Under the pieces are notes generated by a model that saw only the letters and a list, made by a program, of their open reading frames with translations, did no database searches and was not told the origin of the DNA. Both the position numbers and the translations under genes were made by a program. From Myxococcota bacterium (GTDB lineage Bacteria; Myxococcota_A; SURF-8), in assembly GCA_965140415.1 (NCBI GenBank), contig OZ223209.1, forward strand, positions 3,776,001 through 3,840,000: a stretch of DNA of 64,000 nt. Reading direction: 5' to 3'. Shown here one piece after another: positions 48,954 to 58,627 of this stretch; within the stretch, counting starts at the first letter, position 1, and each line of letters starts with the position of its first letter.

Positions 48954-48985
48954 TGGTGGAGGGATAAAGGGTCGAACTGCTGACC
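48954..48985 (-). other. Degenerate tRNA 3'-end relic (att-like)
   Basis: Minus strand GGTCAGCAGTTCGACCCTTTATCCCTCCACCA has T-loop/CCA spacing like tRNA-Ala but a broken T-stem and no 5' half; followed by hairpin 48908-48939. Confidence 0.55.
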
Positions 48986-49125
48986 TTTATTGAATTTTCT
49001 AATTTCTTTATAGAAATCTAATGATTTGCGTGAACTTCCCATTCGCATGTAATCACACAACATTATACACATTGCGGGCCCTGGCGGTCATAACACACAA
49101 CCCCTAAGCCCTGTACACGGTCTGC

Positions 49126-49998
49126 GGGAAGACCATGCTGGCCAGACGCTTGCCCACGATCCTTCCCGATCTGCAATTCGACGAAGCCCTGGACACCACA
49201 AAGGTGTATAGCGTAGCCGGGCTGCTCAAGCATAGCGACAGCCTGATTGTGGAGCGTCCCTTCCGCGCGCCTCATCACACCATCTCCGACGTCGGTCTGA
49301 TCGGCGGCGGCAGCTATCCACGGCCTGGGGAAATCAGCCTGGCGCATAACGGCGTGCTTTTTCTCGATGAGTTGCCCGAATTCAAGAAGAACGTGCTGGA
49401 GGTGCTGCGCCAGCCGCTGGAGGACAGCAGCGTCACGATCACGCGCTCGATGCTGTCGATCACCTACCCGGCTCAGATCATGCTGATGGCGGCCATGAAC
49501 CCCTGTCCCTGCGGCTATCTGGGCGATCCGAAGCATAGCTGTAGCTGCACCATCGGAGACATTCAACGTTACCGGGCGCGGCTCTCCGGGCCGCTGCTGG
49601 ATCGGATCGACTTGCACGTGGAGGTGCCTGCCGTGCGCTACAAGGAACTTTCCGATGTCCGCTCGGGAGAGAGTTCCAAGGTGGTTCGGGCGCGCGTGGA
49701 AGCGGCCAGAGAGGTGCAGCGCAGGCGTTTTAAAAAGCGTAGCAAGGAAAACGGCTCCGGCCCCTTGTGCAATGCGCGCATGACGCCCAGGGAGATGCAG
49801 TCGTATTGCAAGGTCGATGCCGAAGGAGCGCGCCTGTTGGAAATGGTGGTGGACCGCTTGGGCATGAGCGCCCGCGCCTACGACCGCATCTTAAAAGTTG
49901 CTCGCACCATTGCGGATCTGGACGGCAACGAGTCTATTCGCGCCGTGCACCTCTCCGAGGCGATACAATACCGCACGCTGGATCGGGGGGTGAAATGA
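49126..49998 (+). pseudogene. comM: 3' part of comM/YifB Mg-chelatase-like ATPase, truncated inside the Walker A motif
   Basis: [75 protein letters not shown]; the N-terminal ~200 aa are absent. Confidence 0.9.
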
Positions 49999-50381
49999 GG
50001 CTTCACGAAACACCGTTTCCGCTCGGCAGGCCCCAGCCGCCGTCTCCTCCTTCGCCCACAACCCCCAAACCGATTGCCTGCGGCGGCGGGGATGTGTCGG
50101 GGTAGGACATAAGAGTTCTGATGATGAGCGATTAAAAGCAAGACAACCAACCTTTTGTACAATATCGATTTCTTGTCTAGCTGTTAGCCCCGAAACCAGT
50201 AAACAGCCTTATCCACATACACTCTTCAAAATCTGAGAGAGAGGGGTTGCGGTTTAGTTTGCTGCCTGTTACTCTACAGATTGAAATCGCTGTTTCCACG
50301 TAGACTTACAGCTAGCTGTAGCGTCTATGAATCACGTTATGGCTCTTGGATAATCATCACCCAAACCAACGGAAAAAAATT

Positions 50382-53252
50382 ATGAAACGGAATGCTTTTT
50401 GCCTGCTATTCATCCTTGCCGCATTCGTAACTATACTGAATGGTTGTGAAGACTGCGAATCCGACGACTGTCTTCCCTGCACCGATGGAGACACGGAAAA
50501 CCTTGCAGATGGAGATGATGATATTCCAGACGGCGACAACTTGGATGGGGACGTATCGGATGGGGACGTATCCGATGGAGACGTATCCGATGGAGACATC
50601 ACCATCGATGGCGATATGGATGGTGATGTGGAAACGGAACTGGAACAGGAAGCCGAATACACCATCGATGGCGACACAACCGAAATCGACTCCGAAGAGG
50701 AAAGCGATTGGGAAGATGAAAGCACCGAACAGCCCCTGCTTCCACAGTGTGAGGACATCGACGAAGACGGCTATTTTGCCGGTCCCGATTGCGTTGGAGT
50801 CACCGACTGTAACGACCGAAACAAATTCGTAAATCCGGGGGTCGATGACCTCTGCAACTTCGAAGACGATGACTGCGACGGAAGATACGATGAAGACGGC
50901 ATCGACTGCACGGCTCCCTGCAAACCGAAAATGGATTGCAACCTGTTTTGCTACGGACAGGGTGGTACGAACTGCTGGAACGAATGCCAATCAACCCATG
51001 GCAACGAAGCATGCGATATCTGCTACGACCAAATCGTCAGTTGCGGATATATGCACAACTGTTTCCCTGGTGGGCAATGGGACGAGCAATGCATGAACAC
51101 CTACTGCGCAGAAGCAGTTTCTTCTTGTCTGGGTCCGGACAAGGAAGACGGCATCTGTGGAGAACAATACCTGCCATGTCTGGATACCTGCGCCCAAGAC
51201 GACGAATCCTGCCGCACCGAATGCTATTATTCAGCCAGTTTCGCCTGCCGAAGCTGCATGAACGAATACCAAACCTGTTTATACGATAACGACTGCGTGT
51301 CGAATCAGGGGAGCATTATTTCCGATTGCTTCTACGAACACTGTTTCGAGCCCTACGATTATTGTATTTTAGGGTTTACCGACCCGGTTTGCCAGGATTC
51401 AGATGAAGACGGCTTTGGACTCTACTGTCCTATGGGAGATGACTGCGACGATGGCAACCCCAATGTATATCCGCAGGCAGCGGAAATCTGCAACGGATAC
51501 GACGACGACTGCGACGGTCGCGTAGATGAGAAAACCGGGGAATCCTGTGACATCGAACGGGAATGGGCATTTCTCGTTTACTTTGCGGGTGACAATAATC
51601 TAAGCGACAGCGCCATTACGGAATTGGAAGCCTACGCCGCCATGGGTGGAACGACGGATGATGTTGTTACGGCCATCCAGATCGAACTGTCCGGAAGCTA
51701 CAGCTCCTATCGGCATGTGCTGGATCCGTCGGTTTTCGAACGCACCTGGCGCATGATCGTACCGCGAGATGGCAGCCCGGACTTGAACACCATGTTTTTA
51801 AAAGCACACAGCATCGGAGACGAAAACATCACCGATCCGGAAGCCTTGGCAAACTTTTTGGATTGGGCAACTAGTACGATACGTGCCAAAAACTACGTGT
51901 TGACCCTTTGGGATCACGGCGGAGGATGGACCGGCGCCCTGGTTGACGAGGGAAGCATGGAATTCATGAGTATGCCGCTGATGCGCGAAGGCCTGGAACT
52001 TTCCGGTTTCATTCCAGATGTCCTGCTTTTCTCGGCGTGCGATATGGGTGCTTACGAAGTACTGGTGGAACTGGAAGGTCTGGCGGATTACGTCGTAGGC
52101 AGTCAGGAAGTCAGCTACGGCATTCCGGGCGAAGAAATCCTTGCTCACCTGCATGAAAATCCACAAATGACACCTTCCGAGCTGGCCATCGATGCCGTTG
52201 ACGTTGCCGGTGACTACGCGGCTGAGTATGAAGCCAGCCATACCTGGGCAGCCTGGAATACACAGGGAACCGCAGCGCTGTCGGAAGCCGTACATGCTTT
52301 GGCAGGGATGTTGATTGACAATCTGGAAACCTTGCGCCCCAGATTAAATGAAATCATGCCTGGCGTTCAGAAAATGGCCGTTGCTTCCGTTATCGATCTG
52401 GTTCACTTCTGTCAACAGATGCGGCCAAGTGGAATCACGGCGGTTGATGAGCAACTGGAACTCGTTGAAACCCTGGCTTTGCAATCCGATTTCCTGCTGC
52501 ACACACGAATCGCAACCGGTAATCCGGCCCCGGTATGGAATCCCAGCCTTGAAAACGCATATGGTTTATCCATTCTGCTCCCGACCCCGGTTCACATTAC
52601 GGAACACGAACTGGAAGACTATGCCACGCTGGCCGTCAGTACGGAGGACGGCAACGGCTGGGATGAATTCATCAATTTCTGGCTGGGAGAGGTCGAACTG
52701 GCTCGAACGCAGGGGAATTTCCGCGTCGATCTGACTTGGACAACAGACGAAGGTGATGCAAGCGATGTCGATCTTGATTTGTATCTCTATGAACCGGGAG
52801 CAGGCTTGTTTACTCCCTTCATGGGTGAAACCACGGCCAATGGCAGTATGAGCGTAGACAGTCTCGACTCCGCTCTTGCCGAGGAGTGGTACCTTGCGGG
52901 TAATGAAGTATCTGCCGGAAGTTACTATGTATTCGTTGCCTATCAGCATACGGGGGCATTGAGTCCGACGGCGACAGCAATAGTTGAATTCACCGATCAG
53001 CGCTTTGCAGACAACGACACCACGGTTCAGCGCGACATGCACCTTGGCCGTTTATGCGATTTGTCCGAGAGTATTCTGGGAGCGGATGTCCAGGCCGGAA
53101 GCTGCACGGATTTCTGGCTGGTGGGTAAGCTCGTGCGCGATGACCAGAAACATGGACTTGTTTCCGGCATCTACGACGACTTCCGCCGCGAATCCGGCAA
53201 CACCGACTCCTGGCGCCTGATTCCTGGTTCGTTGATGAGTATTGAAGACTAA
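50382..53252 (+). CDS. Lipoprotein with DGD and MopE-like repeats and a clostripain (peptidase C11) domain
   Basis: Lipobox LNGC; CNGYDDDCDGRVDE; WAFLVYFAGDNNLS, LWDHGGGW, FSACDMG (His/Cys dyad). Confidence 0.87.
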   Translation: MKRNAFCLLFILAAFVTILNGCEDCESDDCLPCTDGDTENLADGDDDIPDGDNLDGDVSDGDVSDGDVSDGDITIDGDMDGDVETELEQEAEYTIDGDTTEIDSEEESDWEDESTEQPLLPQCEDIDEDGYFAGPDCVGVTDCNDRNKFVNPGVDDLCNFEDDDCDGRYDEDGIDCTAPCKPKMDCNLFCYGQGGTNCWNECQSTHGNEACDICYDQIVSCGYMHNCFPGGQWDEQCMNTYCAEAVSSCLGPDKEDGICGEQYLPCLDTCAQDDESCRTECYYSASFACRSCMNEYQTCLYDNDCVSNQGSIISDCFYEHCFEPYDYCILGFTDPVCQDSDEDGFGLYCPMGDDCDDGNPNVYPQAAEICNGYDDDCDGRVDEKTGESCDIEREWAFLVYFAGDNNLSDSAITELEAYAAMGGTTDDVVTAIQIELSGSYSSYRHVLDPSVFERTWRMIVPRDGSPDLNTMFLKAHSIGDENITDPEALANFLDWATSTIRAKNYVLTLWDHGGGWTGALVDEGSMEFMSMPLMREGLELSGFIPDVLLFSACDMGAYEVLVELEGLADYVVGSQEVSYGIPGEEILAHLHENPQMTPSELAIDAVDVAGDYAAEYEASHTWAAWNTQGTAALSEAVHALAGMLIDNLETLRPRLNEIMPGVQKMAVASVIDLVHFCQQMRPSGITAVDEQLELVETLALQSDFLLHTRIATGNPAPVWNPSLENAYGLSILLPTPVHITEHELEDYATLAVSTEDGNGWDEFINFWLGEVELARTQGNFRVDLTWTTDEGDASDVDLDLYLYEPGAGLFTPFMGETTANGSMSVDSLDSALAEEWYLAGNEVSAGSYYVFVAYQHTGALSPTATAIVEFTDQRFADNDTTVQRDMHLGRLCDLSESILGADVQAGSCTDFWLVGKLVRDDQKHGLVSGIYDDFRRESGNTDSWRLIPGSLMSIED

Positions 53253-53367
53253 TTGTTATCATCAACGCTCAAGACGTGAAAGTGTGATGGGCGGTTTTCC
53301 TCTTTGTTGTTGCGGTAAAAAGGAACAACCGCTACCCAATTTTTGACGGCAAGCCAGAAAACCAGCA

Positions 53368-53431
53368 GTAGGATGGGCATTTGTCATGCCCATCTTTTCA
53401 GAGTGATGGGCAAAGCAATTGCCCATCCTAC
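53368..53431. repeat. REP-like doublet (GTAG family), copy 1
   Basis: GTAGGATGGGCA..TGCCCATC followed by the inverted GATGGGCA..TGCCCATCCTAC. Confidence 0.75.
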
Positions 53432-53446
53432 CATGCTGTTATTGTC

Positions 53447-54604
53447 CTAGTCCTTCTTTCTCATACATCTTGGTCTTAATGTATCTCCCACTACATCAGA
53501 ATAACTACCAATTCCACCGTTTTCAAAGTTGATGAAGAATTGTGCTTCAAACGTGGGATTGTTGAAACTATGATCTATTGTCGATGACCAGTAAAAATAG
53601 CATGTGCCCTCAAGATTATTGTCCCAGTAGCAACCAGAATCAGGTCCTTCATGGGAATTACAACTTCCATAGCAAGTATCATGATCATTGGTGCATTCAT
53701 CAGGAGTGCAGTCGTTTGTTATTGGACATTCTCCACCTGTGATAGTGGGATTGCACCCTCTTGTGAGTGTTCGCAGTTCATCAATTGTGGGTAAGCGCCA
53801 ATCACTATGATTGTCAAGACGCAAGTCATCGCAGTACCTATTTGCCGGTTTCCACATCATTGTACTTGCTAAAGGAGGGTTTTCCCAAATGATTTTGGTA
53901 TTTGGATCAAGCCAAGTACCTGGGGTAACACCGTTACTTACACAACGGACATACTGTAATTCTGCTTTGTCAGCAGGTCTAACTAATGCCTCTGGGAAAG
54001 ATACACTCCATCGCCCCCAACCAAGTTCAACTACTTGTGATGATGACCAATGATTGCCACACTTGCCTTGCATGTCTTCAGACCAATAGCATCCATCTGC
54101 TGGACCTGATTCATATTCACAACGGTTATAATCTGTGTCCAAACAGGGAGGATCAGCAGACAAGCATTCATCGGTCACCCTGCAGATTCCATCTGTCTCC
54201 GTATAGGGGCAACCCCGGATCAAGCTCCGCAGTTCACTGATCGTTGGCAAACGCCAGTCGCTGTAGCCGTCCAAGCTCAGATTAATGCAGTAATCCTTGG
54301 CATCTTCCCAGTCCATTAAGCTACCGGCAGGCGGGTTCTGCCAGATCAGGTTGCTTTCATCCGCCTCACTGGAATCCCCGTCCGTATCATTGTCTCCATC
54401 TGCCGTGTTGGTATCACCATCCGTAGTGTTGTCCCCATCTGCCGTGTTGGTATCACCATCCGTAGTGTTGTCCCCATCCTCTGTATTGGAATCCCCGTCA
54501 GCGGTATCCCCATCGGCACCGCCATCGCCCTCGTTGCAGGCAGAAAAGGCTACAGTCATGCTCAGGACAAAAATTATCGTAAGGAAAAGGTGCAGGGACT
54601 TCAT
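53447..54604 (-). CDS. Lipoprotein with DGD-repeat linker and two DUF1566 domains
   Basis: Lipobox FSAC; DGDxxT repeats; two W..A..YC..L..DWRLPTI.ELR.L..WSS..RC units. Confidence 0.87.
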   Translation of the reverse strand: MKSLHLFLTIIFVLSMTVAFSACNEGDGGADGDTADGDSNTEDGDNTTDGDTNTADGDNTTDGDTNTADGDNDTDGDSSEADESNLIWQNPPAGSLMDWEDAKDYCINLSLDGYSDWRLPTISELRSLIRGCPYTETDGICRVTDECLSADPPCLDTDYNRCEYESGPADGCYWSEDMQGKCGNHWSSSQVVELGWGRWSVSFPEALVRPADKAELQYVRCVSNGVTPGTWLDPNTKIIWENPPLASTMMWKPANRYCDDLRLDNHSDWRLPTIDELRTLTRGCNPTITGGECPITNDCTPDECTNDHDTCYGSCNSHEGPDSGCYWDNNLEGTCYFYWSSTIDHSFNNPTFEAQFFINFENGGIGSYSDVVGDTLRPRCMRKKD

Positions 54605-54718
54605 GATATCCTCCACGGGTTCAATCTCGGTTCAATTTCAAATTTGAGTGAAATTACCATTAATGCCGGATTGCAAGCAAAGAAAAACGTTTCCACGAAA
54701 TACCGACAAGGCCAGTCA

Positions 54719-54783
54719 GTAGGATGGGCATTTGTCATGCCCATCTTTTCAGAGTGAGGGGCAAAGCATTTGCCCTACCTCAC
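54719..54783. repeat. REP-like doublet, copy 2 (degenerate right arm)
   Basis: First ~38 bp identical to copy 1. Confidence 0.75.
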
Positions 54784-54952
54784 TGTCACCTAACCACCTG
54801 ATATCAATAGACATATCTCCCGGATCGACTGCCACTCCGGCGTTAGTTTAAGGTGCCGAAAACATGCCCTAATCCGCAAGAAAAACCTTGTTGCAGCAAT
54901 CCCTATCTAAATCTATTGCAAGTTGTGACGCATTGCGCTATAAAAGAGCGGC

Positions 54953-56284
54953 ATGTTGGTGTGGCGGCACGAGGAGGTATGGATGCAGCCTGACCGGAAG
55001 CGGATGAACGTTCTGTTGTATCTTTCAAGTGGCTCGAACCGGGTAGGGACCGAAGCAAAACTGATCAGCACCGTCGCTGATATTCGAAAGTCATTCGGGG
55101 ATTCTTTAGGTGAAATCACCGTACTGACCAAAAATAAACTCAACCAGAAACGCTCGCTGGACGATCCGACCGTTAAACTGATCGAGATCGGCGCGACAGG
55201 TTTATTGAATCCGCGCATCTGGCTGCGGCGCATCGATGTGGTGTTTCTCGCTTTCGATGCCGCCTGGTGGGAAGCTCGTCGCGAGCGGGAGATGCTGACC
55301 TATCTATCTTTGATCCGCACGGCGGCCCTGCTTCGCAAGCGGGTGGTGGTCTATTCCAGCGATTGCGTGGAACTGGATCGCAATGGGCAGGCGGAGTTGC
55401 GCAATGCGATGAAGCATGTGGATCTGACCCTGATTTCCAATCGCGCCTGTACGCAACGCATCAAGGCCTACGGTGTCCGAAACGAAGTGTACACGACCGC
55501 CGATAACACCCTGCTCTTCCCTGCAACCAGCGATGCAGCTCGCGATCGATTGTTGGATTCCTTGCGACTGGATCCCAGCCGCAACGACATTCTGGTGGTG
55601 ACGCCGCGTGAATTCTTCTGCGTTCAGCATACGCCGGGCTCTCGTAGCGGCTTTCGTCGCTTGCCGATTCTCAGGCGAGATGACAGCGCCTGTCAGGTGG
55701 CGGCGGAAAGCCGGGAGCGCTATATCCGGCAGGTGGCGGCGTATTGCGACAGGATGGTGGCCGAATACGATATGCATGTCGCATTGATTGCCATGGAACC
55801 CTCCGAAGAGCCGATCTGCCTACGGATTCACGAGCAGATGCTCTCTCGTCATCGCGTGCGGCGTTTGAGTTGCACCGACTACACGGTTCGCGATATCGGT
55901 TCGCTGTTATCCGTTGCAAATATGCTGGTGGCTTCGCATTACTATGCGGCATTACTGGCCAGCGCCTACGGCGTGCCGATGCTGGGAATCTGCGGCGAAC
56001 CGAACCTGGAAATGATCATGCGCGAACTGGGTCAGGCCGAGCACGTGTTGGACTACGTCACCCGACCGAACAACACTCCCAATACGTATAAGTTGGACGA
56101 TCAACTCTTTCAGCGTAGCGAGTCGCTGTTACAGCAGGCGGAGTCGATTCGCGACATGATTCTGAAAGCCAACGGAACCTTGCGCAGCCGGGCGGAGAAA
56201 AGCCATCGTTTAGCGCAAACCTGGATTGAACGGACCTTTTTCCAGGGAGAATCGTTCTCCGACGATGCCACGGCAACAGCCTGA
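54953..56284 (+). CDS. Polysaccharide pyruvyl transferase family protein
   Basis: SNRVGTEA (N.GDEA-like), VYTTADNTL, MLVASHYYAALLASAYGVPMLGI (R.H-like motif degenerate). Confidence 0.65.
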   Translation: MLVWRHEEVWMQPDRKRMNVLLYLSSGSNRVGTEAKLISTVADIRKSFGDSLGEITVLTKNKLNQKRSLDDPTVKLIEIGATGLLNPRIWLRRIDVVFLAFDAAWWEARREREMLTYLSLIRTAALLRKRVVVYSSDCVELDRNGQAELRNAMKHVDLTLISNRACTQRIKAYGVRNEVYTTADNTLLFPATSDAARDRLLDSLRLDPSRNDILVVTPREFFCVQHTPGSRSGFRRLPILRRDDSACQVAAESRERYIRQVAAYCDRMVAEYDMHVALIAMEPSEEPICLRIHEQMLSRHRVRRLSCTDYTVRDIGSLLSVANMLVASHYYAALLASAYGVPMLGICGEPNLEMIMRELGQAEHVLDYVTRPNNTPNTYKLDDQLFQRSESLLQQAESIRDMILKANGTLRSRAEKSHRLAQTWIERTFFQGESFSDDATATA

Positions 56285-56426
56285 CGATGAGGCCGGAACG
56301 CTTCTCTTTTCTTTGACTTAGCTGCCACCCTTTGCTATTCTTAGCGCGCTTTGAACGAAGACTAAAGCAACGAACGGAAACAGATGCGAGCCGAATCGAT
56401 TCTTTTCTTTTCGGTTATAGAGTTTA

Positions 56427-57257
56427 GTGGATTTGCACGATGCGTCTCACTTATTTCATTTTGCGGTGATATTCATGACCACGCCTTCCGGTTCCAATTT
56501 GCAATACATTTTTGGCGGTTTTACGCACGTCGGGATGCGTCGGGATCATAACGAGGATGCCTTCAGCATCGAGTCGGATATGAAACTGGCAATCGTTGCC
56601 GACGGTATGGGCGGGCACAATTCCGGCGAAATCGCCAGCAAAATGACAACGGAGACCATTAACAATTTCTTTACCGCCACCGATTCCGACGACGAAATCA
56701 CCTGGCCTTACCGTTATGACAAGCGCTTGAGCGAGGCGGAGAACCGGTTGAAAGTCGCCATTCGATTGGCGAACAGCCGTGTTTGGGAAACCTCGCGCAG
56801 AAACGATCTCTATCATGGCATGGGAACCACGGTGGTTGCGATCTACTGCCGGGACGGCATGGTGTACATTGCCAATGTCGGCGACAGCCGCTGCTATTTG
56901 TTGCGCGACGGCGACTTCCGGCAGGTTTCCGAAGACCACAGCCTGTTAAACGATTACCTCCGAAACAACCAGTTGACCCCCGATCAGGTGCAGAATTTCC
57001 CGCACAAAAATGTGATCATGCGCGCACTGGGAATCAAGGAGTTCGTTGAAGTCGATCTGTTCAAGGAAACGCCCCGGCGCGGCGACGTCTACCTGCTTTG
57101 CTCGGATGGCTTAAGCGACATGGTGGACGACGAACAGATCGGAGATATCCTGTTAACGACACCGGATGTAAAAATGGCCGCGAAACTGTTGGTGCGAGAA
57201 GCCAATCAGCGCGGCGGAAACGACAACATAACCGCCGTGCTCTTGCAAGTGAAATAA
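56427..57257 (+). CDS. PP2C-type Ser/Thr phosphatase (Stp1/PrpC family)
   Basis: THVGMRRDHNED, VADGMGGH, GMGTT, NVGDSRCY, LLCSDGL, GGNDNIT. Confidence 0.95.
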   Translation: MDLHDASHLFHFAVIFMTTPSGSNLQYIFGGFTHVGMRRDHNEDAFSIESDMKLAIVADGMGGHNSGEIASKMTTETINNFFTATDSDDEITWPYRYDKRLSEAENRLKVAIRLANSRVWETSRRNDLYHGMGTTVVAIYCRDGMVYIANVGDSRCYLLRDGDFRQVSEDHSLLNDYLRNNQLTPDQVQNFPHKNVIMRALGIKEFVEVDLFKETPRRGDVYLLCSDGLSDMVDDEQIGDILLTTPDVKMAAKLLVREANQRGGNDNITAVLLQVK

Positions 57258-57318
57258 GCACGGATTCTATTTGACAATCTACCGTTTGGACTTCCCGCGC
57301 TTATGTTAAAGCGTCGGG

Positions 57319-58605
57319 ATGCACTCTAAGGAGACGACCATGACGATGACCAATCGAAGCTGGCTGCCGCCCTACTGCAACCCCGATGCCTATCTGCCCA
57401 AGATTCAGGAAACCCGATCCCTGTTCAAGTATCGACCCTATCTTTTTGCGGACTTCGCCGGTCGCGCCCTGGCGTTTCTGCGCAGCGACACCGCGCAGAA
57501 AATGGGTTTCGAGTACGACGAACCCAACACGCTACCCTGTAAGTGGAAATGCGCCGACGAATCCGTGTTCGGCGTGGATCTGGCGATCTATGCCTATACC
57601 GGCGTCTATCCCTTCGACAAAGGCGCAATCGGCGGCTATTTCAACCAGGGGTCGTTAGGCGCGGCGGTGCATCACGGTCGCATCAATATCGATTTCGGCG
57701 GTTCGCATGTCGGCTACCTGCCGGACGAGCACGACGGTACCTTCGGCGAAATCTGGCGACCGTTGCAGAAGGATTATTCAACCGACTGCGGCCACCTGTG
57801 CGCGGTCATGGCTCCTTTCATGCAGATGTACAGCGATGCCTGCGAGAATATTCTGATCGTAAAGAAAACCGGCGATCAGGCGCTGTTGTCCATACCCAAC
57901 GAATTCATTCAGCCCAACTGGAACAACTCGCCCATCAAGTTCCTTGTCGACACCGAAACACTGACAATGGGTGATGTGCCCTACCGCGAAGAACATTCCT
58001 ACACGCATACGCCGATCGGCAGAACCTTGTTTTATCTGCATCCGAGTTTCTTGGATTCCGTTCCGGAAGAGGCGGCGCGAGAATTCCTTTCCGGAAAGCA
58101 GGTACCTATTGGAAAACACCTGCATCATCGTTATTTCAACATTTACGATGCAGCAGCAGAACTGGACGCCAACGGCGTTCCCGTGCAGAAATTGAATCTG
58201 TACATGAAATACATCCTCGCCGCCAAGCATTCTCCCTATCAACTCAAAGCAGCCATCGTCAATACCAGTTTGGAATACAACCGCCTAACCGATGCCGTGC
58301 GCACCAAGGAATTCCAACCGTACAGCTTCGCCAGTTTCACCGGCGTATTCATCGACATGTTCGATGAGATGCGCAACAACTATGTAAACCTGTTCCAACC
58401 GCTGGGATTGAGTATCAAACCGGCAGGCGTGACCCACGATGTCGAATTGACGCCGGAAGAGATCCACACCCTGTTCAAGGACATCCAACCGATAGAACCG
58501 GTGGCGCTACAGGAATACATCGCCTCCTATGGTAACCCGGAAGCGACAAGTTCGCGCTTCGTCTACCGACCGAAGAAATTCAAAAGCAAGCCGGATCAAA
58601 CCTGA
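57319..58605 (+). CDS. Hypothetical protein with LCIB-like beta-carbonic-anhydrase motifs in its N-terminal half
   Basis: CADE, GAAVHHG, SHVGY and STDCGHL in LCIB-like order. Confidence 0.5.
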   Translation: MHSKETTMTMTNRSWLPPYCNPDAYLPKIQETRSLFKYRPYLFADFAGRALAFLRSDTAQKMGFEYDEPNTLPCKWKCADESVFGVDLAIYAYTGVYPFDKGAIGGYFNQGSLGAAVHHGRINIDFGGSHVGYLPDEHDGTFGEIWRPLQKDYSTDCGHLCAVMAPFMQMYSDACENILIVKKTGDQALLSIPNEFIQPNWNNSPIKFLVDTETLTMGDVPYREEHSYTHTPIGRTLFYLHPSFLDSVPEEAAREFLSGKQVPIGKHLHHRYFNIYDAAAELDANGVPVQKLNLYMKYILAAKHSPYQLKAAIVNTSLEYNRLTDAVRTKEFQPYSFASFTGVFIDMFDEMRNNYVNLFQPLGLSIKPAGVTHDVELTPEEIHTLFKDIQPIEPVALQEYIASYGNPEATSSRFVYRPKKFKSKPDQT

Positions 58606-58627
58606 TCGGTTTCTTTTTTTAGAACGC

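Noticed and set aside
48954-48985. Functional tRNA gene
   Set aside because: Only a 3' fragment with an unpaired T-stem; no D or anticodon arms.
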